Part shown: positions 1-5,414 of the stretch, piece after piece | Numbering within the stretch: the first letter of the stretch is position 1 | Layout of the letters: the number at the start of each line of letters is the position of its first letter | Virus record (IMG/VR): IMGVR_UViG_3300005309_000013 | Source of the DNA: a virus | DNA: 5,471 nt | Reading direction: 5' to 3' (one strand) | The notes under the pieces: model-generated | Database searches by the model: none | The model's input: only the letters and a program-made list of their open reading frames with translations | What the model was told of the DNA's origin: nothing | Program-made: the position numbers and the translations under genes

Positions 1-68
1 TGTGTTTCCATTTATTTTCGTTATTATTTTTTTATTTGTTATTATGTAATTTTTTTTTGCTTCTTTTT
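1..68. repeat. Terminal direct repeat (left copy), identical to 5404-5471. This is the assembly overlap of a circular genome.
   Basis: Base-by-base comparison: tgtgtttccatttattttcgttattatttttttatttgttattatgtaatttttttttgcttcttttt occurs at 1-68 and again at 5404-5471. The match runs exactly to the window end. Confidence 0.97.
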
Positions 69-135
69 CTGTTATTTGTATTCCTTCTTCATTGTAGTAC
101 TCTTTGAAAGTGTACCATTTTCCTACGTTAACCAT
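1..135 (-). CDS. Possible 63-aa ORF crossing the circular junction. The N-terminal 45 codons are here and it continues 5403->5347.
   Basis: Hand translation from ATG 135-133 gives MVNVGKWYTFKEYYNEEGIQITEKEAKKNYIITNKKIITKINGNT|GTKTIWNECRRDKQLSIW, then TGA at 5347-5349. An in-frame TAA lies just upstream at 139-141. The stop sits 1 nt before an internal ATG (5345) of the 113-aa ORF, like other junctions in this genome. It overlaps the 5' end of the 113-aa ORF model in another frame. I recognise no homology. Confidence 0.3.
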   Translation of the reverse strand, partial: MVNVGKWYTFKEYYNEEGIQITEKEAKKNYIITNKKIITKINGNT

Positions 136-154
136 CTCTTATCATTTTTTTTGT

Positions 155-244
155 TTAATCTAATTTGTTGTATACTTCTAGTAGTATTCCTACTGTTATT
201 ATTATTAGTACTATTCCTGTTACTAATGACGCTAGTTCTGTCAT
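155..244 (-). CDS. 29-aa single-pass hydrophobic peptide (mini membrane protein 2)
   Basis: Not in the ORF track because it is too short. Hand translation: MTELASLVTGIVLIIITVGILLEVYNKLD, then TAA at 155-157. Its ATG (244-242) directly abuts the TAA of the upstream peptide. About 19 consecutive codons carry T at the second position on a T-poor sense strand, giving a hydrophobic core followed by a charged tail. Confidence 0.45.
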   Translation of the reverse strand: MTELASLVTGIVLIIITVGILLEVYNKLD

Positions 245-328
245 TTAATCTTTTCTTGTATTTATTAATGTGTATAGTATTATTGTTATTCCTACTATTC
301 CTATTATCCCTAATACTGTTGCTTCCAT
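245..328 (-). CDS. 27-aa single-pass hydrophobic peptide (mini membrane protein 1)
   Basis: Not in the ORF track. Hand translation: MEATVLGIIGIVGITIILYTLINTRKD, then TAA at 245-247. Its ATG (328-326) directly abuts the TAA (329-331) of the 64-aa ORF. It shares GGAATAGTA and GTAGGAATA strings and the -KD/-KLD tail with the next peptide. Confidence 0.45.
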   Translation of the reverse strand: MEATVLGIIGIVGITIILYTLINTRKD

Positions 329-523
329 TTATTGATCTAGGTAGTTTTGTTTTACTTCGTTTAATAATTTTTTTAACGTTCTTTTATCTTCTTCTTTTAG
401 TAGATTCGTTTCTAGTATCCCCGATACTGCCCCGTTGAATCTTTTTACATCGTACGCTGTTCCTGCTTTTTCGAATACGTTTTGAGCCTTGCTCTCTGCG
501 TTTTTTTCTTGTTGTTTTTCCAT
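329..523 (-). CDS. Hypothetical 64-aa hydrophilic protein
   Basis: Track ORF 329..529 starts at a TTG (527-529). The first ATG is 523-521, giving MEKQQEKNAESKAQNVFEKAGTAYDVKRFNGAVSGILETNLLKEEDKRTLKKLLNEVKQNYLDQ. It is on the coding strand, 46-52 nt downstream of the rep stop. I recognise no family. Confidence 0.5.
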   Translation of the reverse strand: MEKQQEKNAESKAQNVFEKAGTAYDVKRFNGAVSGILETNLLKEEDKRTLKKLLNEVKQNYLDQ

Positions 524-526
524 ATT

Positions 527-557
527 CAAATATACATATTTTTTTTATTGCTGCAAA
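527..557 (-). promoter_or_regulatory. Candidate Bacteroidota-type promoter (TTTG -33 box, 19-nt spacer, TATATTTG -7 box)
   Basis: The minus strand reads TTTG(557-554)-CAGCAATAAAAAAAATATG-TATATTTG(534-527)-AAT-ATG(523). This matches the Bacteroides consensus TTTG-N19-21-TAnnTTTG as I recall it. It was the only CAAAnnTA I found when scanning the + strand by eye. The predicted transcript start falls at or next to the ATG, which makes the call uncertain. Confidence 0.25.
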
Positions 558-575
558 TTTTTTTTCATTTTTTTT

Positions 576-1637
576 TTAATCCCAGTTTTTTGACGGTTGG
601 ATTAACTGCTCTCCGCCCATCGGGGGGCGCTCCCCGACCTGCGGAGCATTTTCTATGCGTCTCTGTGTTAGCATCGTTCTTCTTTCTTCTTCATATTTTT
701 TTCTGCTCCAATCTATCGTACTTGTTCCGTATCCTAGTCTTTTGTTTTTTTCTCTTGCTTCTTTTAGTGTTTTGTAGTATTCCTCTTCGTTTTCGCTTAT
801 ATCTATTTTTTGCCCTAGTATCCACCTTACTTTTTTATCTAGCTTTTCTATCCATAAATTTTCTCTTTCTTCATCCGTATATATTTTATTTCTCCAATAT
901 ATTGGCATTATTATTTGATGCCCTGTTTTTGTTGTATAAGTTTCTTTTGTTTCTCCTTTTTTATACGTGTTTTTTTTCCAATCTGTTCTATCCATATATC
1001 CTCTTCCTATTCCTGCGCTTGTTAGTATTATAGGTTTGTATTCTTTATGGTCGAAGTCCATTTTACTTACATATTTTGTTATATAGTTTACTGTTTTTTC
1101 GTTTACGTAGTTTGTTGTTTTTCCTGTTGTTACGTTTCTTTCTCCTGTCCATACGAATCCGTATTTCCATTTATTTGCTATTTCATTCTCTGTTTTGTCT
1201 GTCCATATTATTCCGTGCATATGTATGTTTTCTGTTCCGTTGTGACCTAGTTCTGTTACTAGCCAGTGCCTTAGGCTTTTTTTATTTTCTTTTCTCCATC
1301 TTTCTAAGAATCTTCTTGTTGCTAGTGTCGCTATTTCGTTGTCTAGTTCGTATCCTTTTAGGCTGTATCCTAGTTTTTTTGTTATTACGTCGTTTAGCTC
1401 CTTTATACTTTTATTACTGAATGTTAATGTTATGAATTTTCCATTTGTGTTGTGTCTTACGTCTTCTAATAATCTTACTTGCCATTCTCTTGCTTTTTGT
1501 TTTTTGCATTCTATGCAGTTTCCGCATCCTATTGGTACTGCTAATACCCTATTATCAGAAATGGCAGGTATTACCCCGCCATTTTTTTTGTTTGCTGTAT
1601 ATTTTGCGTTTTTTATTAATCTTGAATATAGGCACAT
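576..1637 (-). CDS. VP4: Rolling-circle replication initiator (Microviridae VP4 / phiX174 gpA-like HUH endonuclease), 353 aa
   Basis: The ATG at 1637-1635 gives MCLYSRLIKN..., 2 nt after the VP2 stop. Recognised motifs: the Cys cluster PIGCGNCIECKKQKAREW, RCR motif 1 FITLTFS, motif 2 ENIHMHGIIW (HUH-type), and motif 3 NYITKYVSK (YxxKYxxK, compare phiX174 gpA YVAKYVNK). The track's longer 439-aa form begins at a GTG (1893-1895) inside VP2 and was not adopted. Confidence 0.9.
   Translation of the reverse strand: MCLYSRLIKNAKYTANKKNGGVIPAISDNRVLAVPIGCGNCIECKKQKAREWQVRLLEDVRHNTNGKFITLTFSNKSIKELNDVITKKLGYSLKGYELDNEIATLATRRFLERWRKENKKSLRHWLVTELGHNGTENIHMHGIIWTDKTENEIANKWKYGFVWTGERNVTTGKTTNYVNEKTVNYITKYVSKMDFDHKEYKPIILTSAGIGRGYMDRTDWKKNTYKKGETKETYTTKTGHQIIMPIYWRNKIYTDEERENLWIEKLDKKVRWILGQKIDISENEEEYYKTLKEAREKNKRLGYGTSTIDWSRKKYEEERRTMLTQRRIENAPQVGERPPMGGEQLIQPSKNWD
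611..646. other. GC-rich compound stem-loop embedded in the 3' end of rep
   Basis: CTCCGC(611-616)/GCGGAG(641-646) forms a 6-bp outer stem. A symmetric 4x4 internal loop follows (ccat/acct). CGGGG(621-625)/CCCCG(632-636) forms a 5-bp all-GC inner stem, plus a G626-T631 wobble and a GCGC loop. It is the most GC-dense patch I noticed in an otherwise AT-rich genome, and it uses codons (CGC CCC CCG GGC) that look atypical for this genome. Confidence 0.6.
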
Positions 1638-1639
1638 TT

Positions 1640-2440
1640 TTATTTTAGTATGTTTAATCCGTGTTTGTCTGCTAGGTCTGTCATCATTTTTACGTACCAA
1701 GGTGCGTTTGGCGATATTCCGCTTTTTGCCATGTTTGCCTCGAATTCTCTTATTGCTACTTCTGCTTCTTTTTTTCTGTTTTCTATAGATATTCCTTTGT
1801 TTGATAATATTTTGTTTATTGCTTCTTCTCTGATTTTTCTGATTTCTTCTTGTATTGTATGATCGCTTATTGTTCTTTCGTTTGCTTTTATCCACATTTC
1901 CTCCTCTGCTTTTTCTGCGTTCATTTTTATTGTTTTCAAGTTGTCTTCTTGTGCTTTTCTTCCTGTGTCTGTACCTAATGCTGTACTTTCTGTTTCCGCT
2001 TTTGTCTTTTCTGTGTTTGCTTCTATGTTTTCTTTTTGAGCTTTTGTTAGTGCTAATTGACTTGCTAGTTGCATTCCCATGTTTGTCCCGTCGTTCGGGT
2101 CTCCTGCTTGCGCTCCTGTTACTTGCATTCCTGCCCCTCCTCCTGTTGTTGCTCCGCTTGCTCCGCTTCCTCCGTATAGAGCTGATATGCTCATGCCTGC
2201 TTTTTTTGCTTGTTCTACTTGTGCACTGTAATTTGTGTCGTTCCAGAGTTTCATTTGTTGTTGCCTTTCGAACTCGGACATTTCTTTATTCCCTGCTATT
2301 TGCAGTTTATTTAATTTTTCTTGTTGTTTTAGCTGTCTTTTGTCTTGCGCTTTTCCGAACACCATTGAGCCTACTTGTCCTAGCAGTGTGTTGCTTGCTC
2401 CTTTTGCTGCGTCCATTCCGAACTCTTTCCATGTTCCCAT
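1640..2440 (-). CDS. VP2: Minor capsid / DNA pilot protein (Microviridae VP2, gpH-like), 266 aa
   Basis: ATG at 2440-2438, TAA at 1640-1642. The conserved-looking block LWNDTNYSAQVEQAKKAGMSISALYGGSGASGATTGGG resembles the W..NY..Q...AGLNP.L.YGG motif plus Gly-rich linker of VP2 proteins. It is followed by a long E/K-rich predicted coiled coil. The position immediately upstream of rep also fits. Confidence 0.75.
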   Translation of the reverse strand: MGTWKEFGMDAAKGASNTLLGQVGSMVFGKAQDKRQLKQQEKLNKLQIAGNKEMSEFERQQQMKLWNDTNYSAQVEQAKKAGMSISALYGGSGASGATTGGGAGMQVTGAQAGDPNDGTNMGMQLASQLALTKAQKENIEANTEKTKAETESTALGTDTGRKAQEDNLKTIKMNAEKAEEEMWIKANERTISDHTIQEEIRKIREEAINKILSNKGISIENRKKEAEVAIREFEANMAKSGISPNAPWYVKMMTDLADKHGLNILK

Positions 2441-2441
2441 T

Positions 2442-2612
2442 TTATTTTGATTTTAATGTTTCATTAGTTTTTTTTAGCATTTTTTCTATTTTTAATTTTC
2501 CCTCGTTTACTACTTCTAGTGCATATTCTAGACCTCCTTTTTTTTCTAGTAGTTCTTTTTTTGAGAGTTTTTCTATTGCTGTTAATTCTTGGTTTAATTC
2601 TTCGTTAGTCAT
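2442..2612 (-). CDS. Hypothetical 56-aa helical protein, below the ORF-track length cutoff
   Basis: Hand translation from ATG 2612-2610: MTNEELNQELTAIEKLSKKELLEKKGGLEYALEVVNEGKLKIEKMLKKTNETLKSK, then TAA at 2442-2444. The stop is 1 nt before the VP2 ATG. It is preceded by GGGGAGAAAAAAA-ATG, the only Shine-Dalgarno-like GGAG I found upstream of a gene here. Confidence 0.6.
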   Translation of the reverse strand: MTNEELNQELTAIEKLSKKELLEKKGGLEYALEVVNEGKLKIEKMLKKTNETLKSK

Positions 2613-2640
2613 TTTTTTTCTCCCCTTTTTTTTGTTTTAC

Positions 2641-2691
2641 AAAAAAAGCGGTACTATATACTTGATAATATAGTATACGTGCGTACCGCTT
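2641..2691 (-). terminator. Intrinsic-terminator-like hairpin in the main intergenic region; it is also an origin candidate
   Basis: AGCGGTAC(2647-2654) pairs with GTACCGCT(2683-2690), extendable by A2646-T2691. An inner stem CTATAT(2654-2659)/ATATAG(2668-2673) overlaps the base of the outer stem, so the two pairings are partly alternative, and it encloses an 8-nt loop acttgata (2660-2667). On the minus (mRNA-sense) strand the stem is followed directly by T7, the complement of a2641-2647. It lies between the VP3-like stop (2732) and the next ATG (2612). Confidence 0.55.
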
Positions 2692-2731
2692 GTTTAATTC
2701 TCTGTTAATCAGTAGTTTTTTGCTTGTCGCA

Positions 2732-3097
2732 CTATTCCCCTGATGGGTTGTTATTTTCTTGTGGTTTAATTGCTTTATTTGCTTGGTCTCTTAGGTATTT
2801 GTCCTCTTCTTCCTTTTGTTTTAATAATTGTTTTCTTTTTGATAGCTGTGCTTGATCTAGTTCTATTCTTTTTTCTGCCATTAATGTTGTTTGTTGATAC
2901 GCGTCATCCCAATGGTCGTGTCTTATATTGAATGCTGGTATTACTCCATCTTCTGCTCTTGTAAAGAGTAGTTCTTTTCCTTCTATTATTTCGTCTCCGT
3001 TATTTAGGAGTCTTTCTATTGTATGTTCTATTGGTTCTCCTTCTACGCTGTCGTTAGCTTCTATCGACGTACGTATTTGTGTTTGTTTTTTGTACAT
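2732..3097 (-). CDS. VP3: Small acidic protein, probable internal scaffolding protein (VP3-like), 121 aa
   Basis: ATG at 3097-3095, 6 nt after the VP1 stop; TAG at 2732-2734. The block GEPIEHTIERLLNNGDEIIEGKELLFTRAEDGVIPAFNIRHDHWDDA matches, from memory, a conserved pattern (GEPIE....PLIYTERKDGV.P.YDIRTDR.) in small proteins of gut microviruses. The scaffolding role is inferred from size, charge and position, not demonstrated. Confidence 0.5.
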   Translation of the reverse strand: MYKKQTQIRTSIEANDSVEGEPIEHTIERLLNNGDEIIEGKELLFTRAEDGVIPAFNIRHDHWDDAYQQTTLMAEKRIELDQAQLSKRKQLLKQKEEEDKYLRDQANKAIKPQENNNPSGE

Positions 3098-3103
3098 TTT
3101 TTT

Positions 3104-5071
3104 TTAGTTTACTCTTGGTATTTGGTTTGCTGACATTTTTCTAATTGCTTTATCTTCTATTTTGAATTGCGCCCATATATTTTGAGCGTCTAATGCTCTA
3201 TATGCAAATACTCCGTTGTATTTTTCCGGGTCTATGTATGTTGTAAGGTCTTTTATTGTTTTTGTTTCCTCGTCCCAATCGTAGTTCCTATCTAATATCA
3301 TCCAGCCTTCTGCGTCTTGTTCTGCAAAGTTTCCGAATGCTCTGTCTATTTCTGTTTGATAGTTTATCCATGCGGGTTGTTTTCCTGCGCTTTTGAATTG
3401 TAGTCCTCCGCTTCCTTGTGACATCGTATCCCAGCTTGCCATTTGGTCTGTTATTAGGTTTTGGAATCCTATTTGATTGAATGCGGGTTTAAATAGGTCG
3501 TCATATGTTTTGAGGTTTGTGTGCCAGCTGTTCCCTTGTGTGTATTTTAGTCTTGGTGTTAAGCTTGCTATTACCATGTAGTAGCCATGTTGAGTGTCGT
3601 CGTTAGTTATTCTTATTTTTCCTCCGTTGTGACCTCTTGTTACTCCTCTTCCTGCTATTGTTCCTAGCGGTTGGTCTGATGTTGAAGAGTTTGATATTAC
3701 TTGTTCGAATGTTAATTCTTTACTTAGTCCGCCTTCGAATGTTGGTATTTCTGACCTTGTTTTGTTTTTTACGTCGTATGTCACTTGCATCATATCATCT
3801 ACAGTTCCTCCTGCTAATGATATCCTGTTTAAGTGGTCGTACATTTTTTGTTTTATTAGGAAATTATCTATTGTGAATTTTCCGTCTTCGTCTGTTTGAA
3901 TTGCTGTTCTTGCGTTTACCCCATTTGCACCGTCTATGTATTCTGTGTTTAGCCAATTGTTAAATAAGTCGCTTTGGTATGTTTTTAGAGCTAATCCTTC
4001 TTGGCTTGATAGTTTAGACCATATTGTTCTATTTTGTACGTGGTATGCTGTTAATGCTATTCCGAATGGTGCTTGTGTTGTTGCGTTTATTTCGAATGCG
4101 CTTGTGCTTTTTACTGCTGCTAGTATGTCCATTTTTATATCGTCTAGATTTGATAGTGGAAATGTTACTATGCTAGGTGGTCTTATTCCTGATTCTTCTA
4201 TGTATCCCCAATTTGCTACCTTCCATGCTGAATATTCTCTTTTTGAGTTTGACACTAATAATGCTGGTGAAGCTACTATGGCTTGTTGTGTGAATACTTC
4301 GCTTACTGTTCTTGTTTCTCCATTGGTGAAGTTTAATTTTATTTCGTTCCAATTTGGTTTATCATTTCCTACGGGATAGTAAAATATCATTGACGCACTT
4401 CTGCTTATTGTGAAGTTTGCGTTTCCTGTATTTTCTTCTATTGTTGTTGATTCTCCGTTTATCGTTCCGTTTACTGTTTCTATATTTTTGTTTATTGGTT
4501 TTGAGTGTATAACTGCTCCTTTTCTTTCTTGTTTGTTTGCGTAGTAGTTTTTTACTATGTCCCAATACATTAGCCACGGTATTGCGTTGAATTTTCTTTC
4601 GACATATTCCGCTCCTGTTGGATTGTAACCTACTCCGCTTATGTGTAGGTATTTAAATATGCTGCTTGGATTTATTTGTTGATTGTTTGGATTTTTAGCC
4701 CAGTTTATGTTATTTGCTTGTATTGTTATTTGTGGTATTTTTATGTCGCTCATTTGTAACCCTGTTTCAAGCAAGTTCATGTGTAATTTTGCTATATATA
4801 GCCTCATGTCTGCCTTGAATACGTCTACTTGTAGTTTGAAGCTTCCGAATAGTGGTCCTTCTGTTGGGTGTGTTAGTAATAGCGCATCTATGTCTATTTC
4901 TCTTGTGTCTCCTGCTAGTATTACACTATGGTGAATAGGCAATAGTGTACCTATTGCCATTGTTGTTGCTATATCTGTGTTTAGGTTGTGTGTGCTTCTT
5001 TCGTATCCTTTTAGGTCTACGTTCATTTTTGAGCCACTTCCTATTCTGTCTCCGCCTAAGTTTACTTTCAT
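3104..5071 (-). CDS. VP1: Major capsid protein (Microviridae VP1 / gpF-like), 655 aa
   Basis: ATG at 5071-5069, TAA at 3104-3106. The N-terminus GGDRIGSGSKMNVDLKGYERSTHNLNTDIATTMAIGTLLPIHHSVILAGDTREIDIDALLLTHPTEGPLFGSFKLQVDVFKADMRLY carries the hallmark microvirus MCP motifs (RSTH.L, TM..G.L.P, .GDT, P..GP.FGSFK...D.F....RLY). It is the largest ORF, as expected for this family. Confidence 0.95.
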   Translation of the reverse strand: MKVNLGGDRIGSGSKMNVDLKGYERSTHNLNTDIATTMAIGTLLPIHHSVILAGDTREIDIDALLLTHPTEGPLFGSFKLQVDVFKADMRLYIAKLHMNLLETGLQMSDIKIPQITIQANNINWAKNPNNQQINPSSIFKYLHISGVGYNPTGAEYVERKFNAIPWLMYWDIVKNYYANKQERKGAVIHSKPINKNIETVNGTINGESTTIEENTGNANFTISRSASMIFYYPVGNDKPNWNEIKLNFTNGETRTVSEVFTQQAIVASPALLVSNSKREYSAWKVANWGYIEESGIRPPSIVTFPLSNLDDIKMDILAAVKSTSAFEINATTQAPFGIALTAYHVQNRTIWSKLSSQEGLALKTYQSDLFNNWLNTEYIDGANGVNARTAIQTDEDGKFTIDNFLIKQKMYDHLNRISLAGGTVDDMMQVTYDVKNKTRSEIPTFEGGLSKELTFEQVISNSSTSDQPLGTIAGRGVTRGHNGGKIRITNDDTQHGYYMVIASLTPRLKYTQGNSWHTNLKTYDDLFKPAFNQIGFQNLITDQMASWDTMSQGSGGLQFKSAGKQPAWINYQTEIDRAFGNFAEQDAEGWMILDRNYDWDEETKTIKDLTTYIDPEKYNGVFAYRALDAQNIWAQFKIEDKAIRKMSANQIPRVN

Positions 5072-5072
5072 T

Positions 5073-5414
5073 TTATCCGTTTTGTTCGTTTAATTTTTTT
5101 TCTAGTTCTTTTTTTTCTAATGTTTTTTCTAATAGGATTAAGATTACTCCTGTCATCATATCCCAATTTATCCCGTTTCTGTCTGTTCCTTTTAGTGCTT
5201 TTAGTAATTCCTTTTCTGTTTCATACCATCCTGTTAGTTTGTGTTCTGCGATTCCTGCCGCCCAGCCGTGCGTCTCTGCGTAATGTATTACGAATGGTGT
5301 TCCTTCTAATGCTTTTCTTTCGTATTTTTTTGTGTTTTTTGACATGTCACCATATTGAGAGTTGTTTGTCTCTTCTACATTCGTTCCAGATTGTTTTAGT
5401 TCCTGTGTTTCCAT
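5073..5414 (-). CDS. Hypothetical protein upstream of VP1 (113 aa, or 90 aa if it starts at ATG 5345)
   Basis: ATG at 5414-5412 lies inside the terminal repeat. TAA at 5073-5075 is 1 nt before the VP1 ATG. The sequence ...GTPFVIHYAETHGWAAGIAEHKLTGWYETEKELLKALKGTDRNGINWDMMTGVILILLEK... is not low-complexity apart from the E/K tail. I recognise no family. The start is ambiguous between M1 and M24 (MSKNTKKYERK). Confidence 0.6.
   Translation of the reverse strand: METQELKQSGTNVEETNNSQYGDMSKNTKKYERKALEGTPFVIHYAETHGWAAGIAEHKLTGWYETEKELLKALKGTDRNGINWDMMTGVILILLEKTLEKKELEKKLNEQNG

Noticed and set aside
245-331. Stop-codon recoding or readthrough that would fuse the 64-aa ORF and the two mini-peptides into one 122-aa two-helix protein, since all three are in one frame separated by single TAA codons.
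   Set aside because: TAA also terminates VP1, VP2, VP4 and the 113-aa ORF at sensible junctions, so genome-wide TAA reassignment is untenable. Each TAA is followed immediately by ATG, which fits termination-reinitiation instead. Low-level readthrough cannot be excluded from sequence alone.
527-529. TTG start for the 66-aa version of ORF 329..529.
   Set aside because: An ATG two codons downstream (523-521) is the more conservative start, and the TTG overlaps the putative -7 promoter box.
1638-1895. 86-codon, extremely basic (K/R/N/Q-rich) N-terminal extension of Rep overlapping the VP2 3' end (track ORF 576..1895). I briefly considered it as an overprinted J/VP8-like DNA-binding protein or a long Rep isoform.
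   Set aside because: Its only possible start is a GTG (1893-1895), with no in-frame ATG before M87. An A-rich strand yields Lys/Asn/Arg in any open frame. A rough estimate suggests one stop-free off-frame run of this length is not surprising in 5.4 kb. The ATG at 1637 gives the canonical MC... Rep N-terminus, 2 nt after the VP2 stop. It could be revisited if the frame proves conserved in relatives.
4362-4577. 71-aa highly basic minus-strand ORF nested inside VP1.
   Set aside because: It starts at a GTG (4575-4577). It has the same A-rich off-frame composition artefact (K/R/N) and no independent signal. It is fully embedded in the capsid gene.
5111-5133. 11-nt direct repeat ttttttctaat at 5111-5121 and 5123-5133.
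   Set aside because: It lies inside the C-terminal E/K/L-rich tail (..LEKTLEKKELEKKL..) of the 113-aa ORF. It is explained by repetitive coding sequence, not a regulatory iteron.
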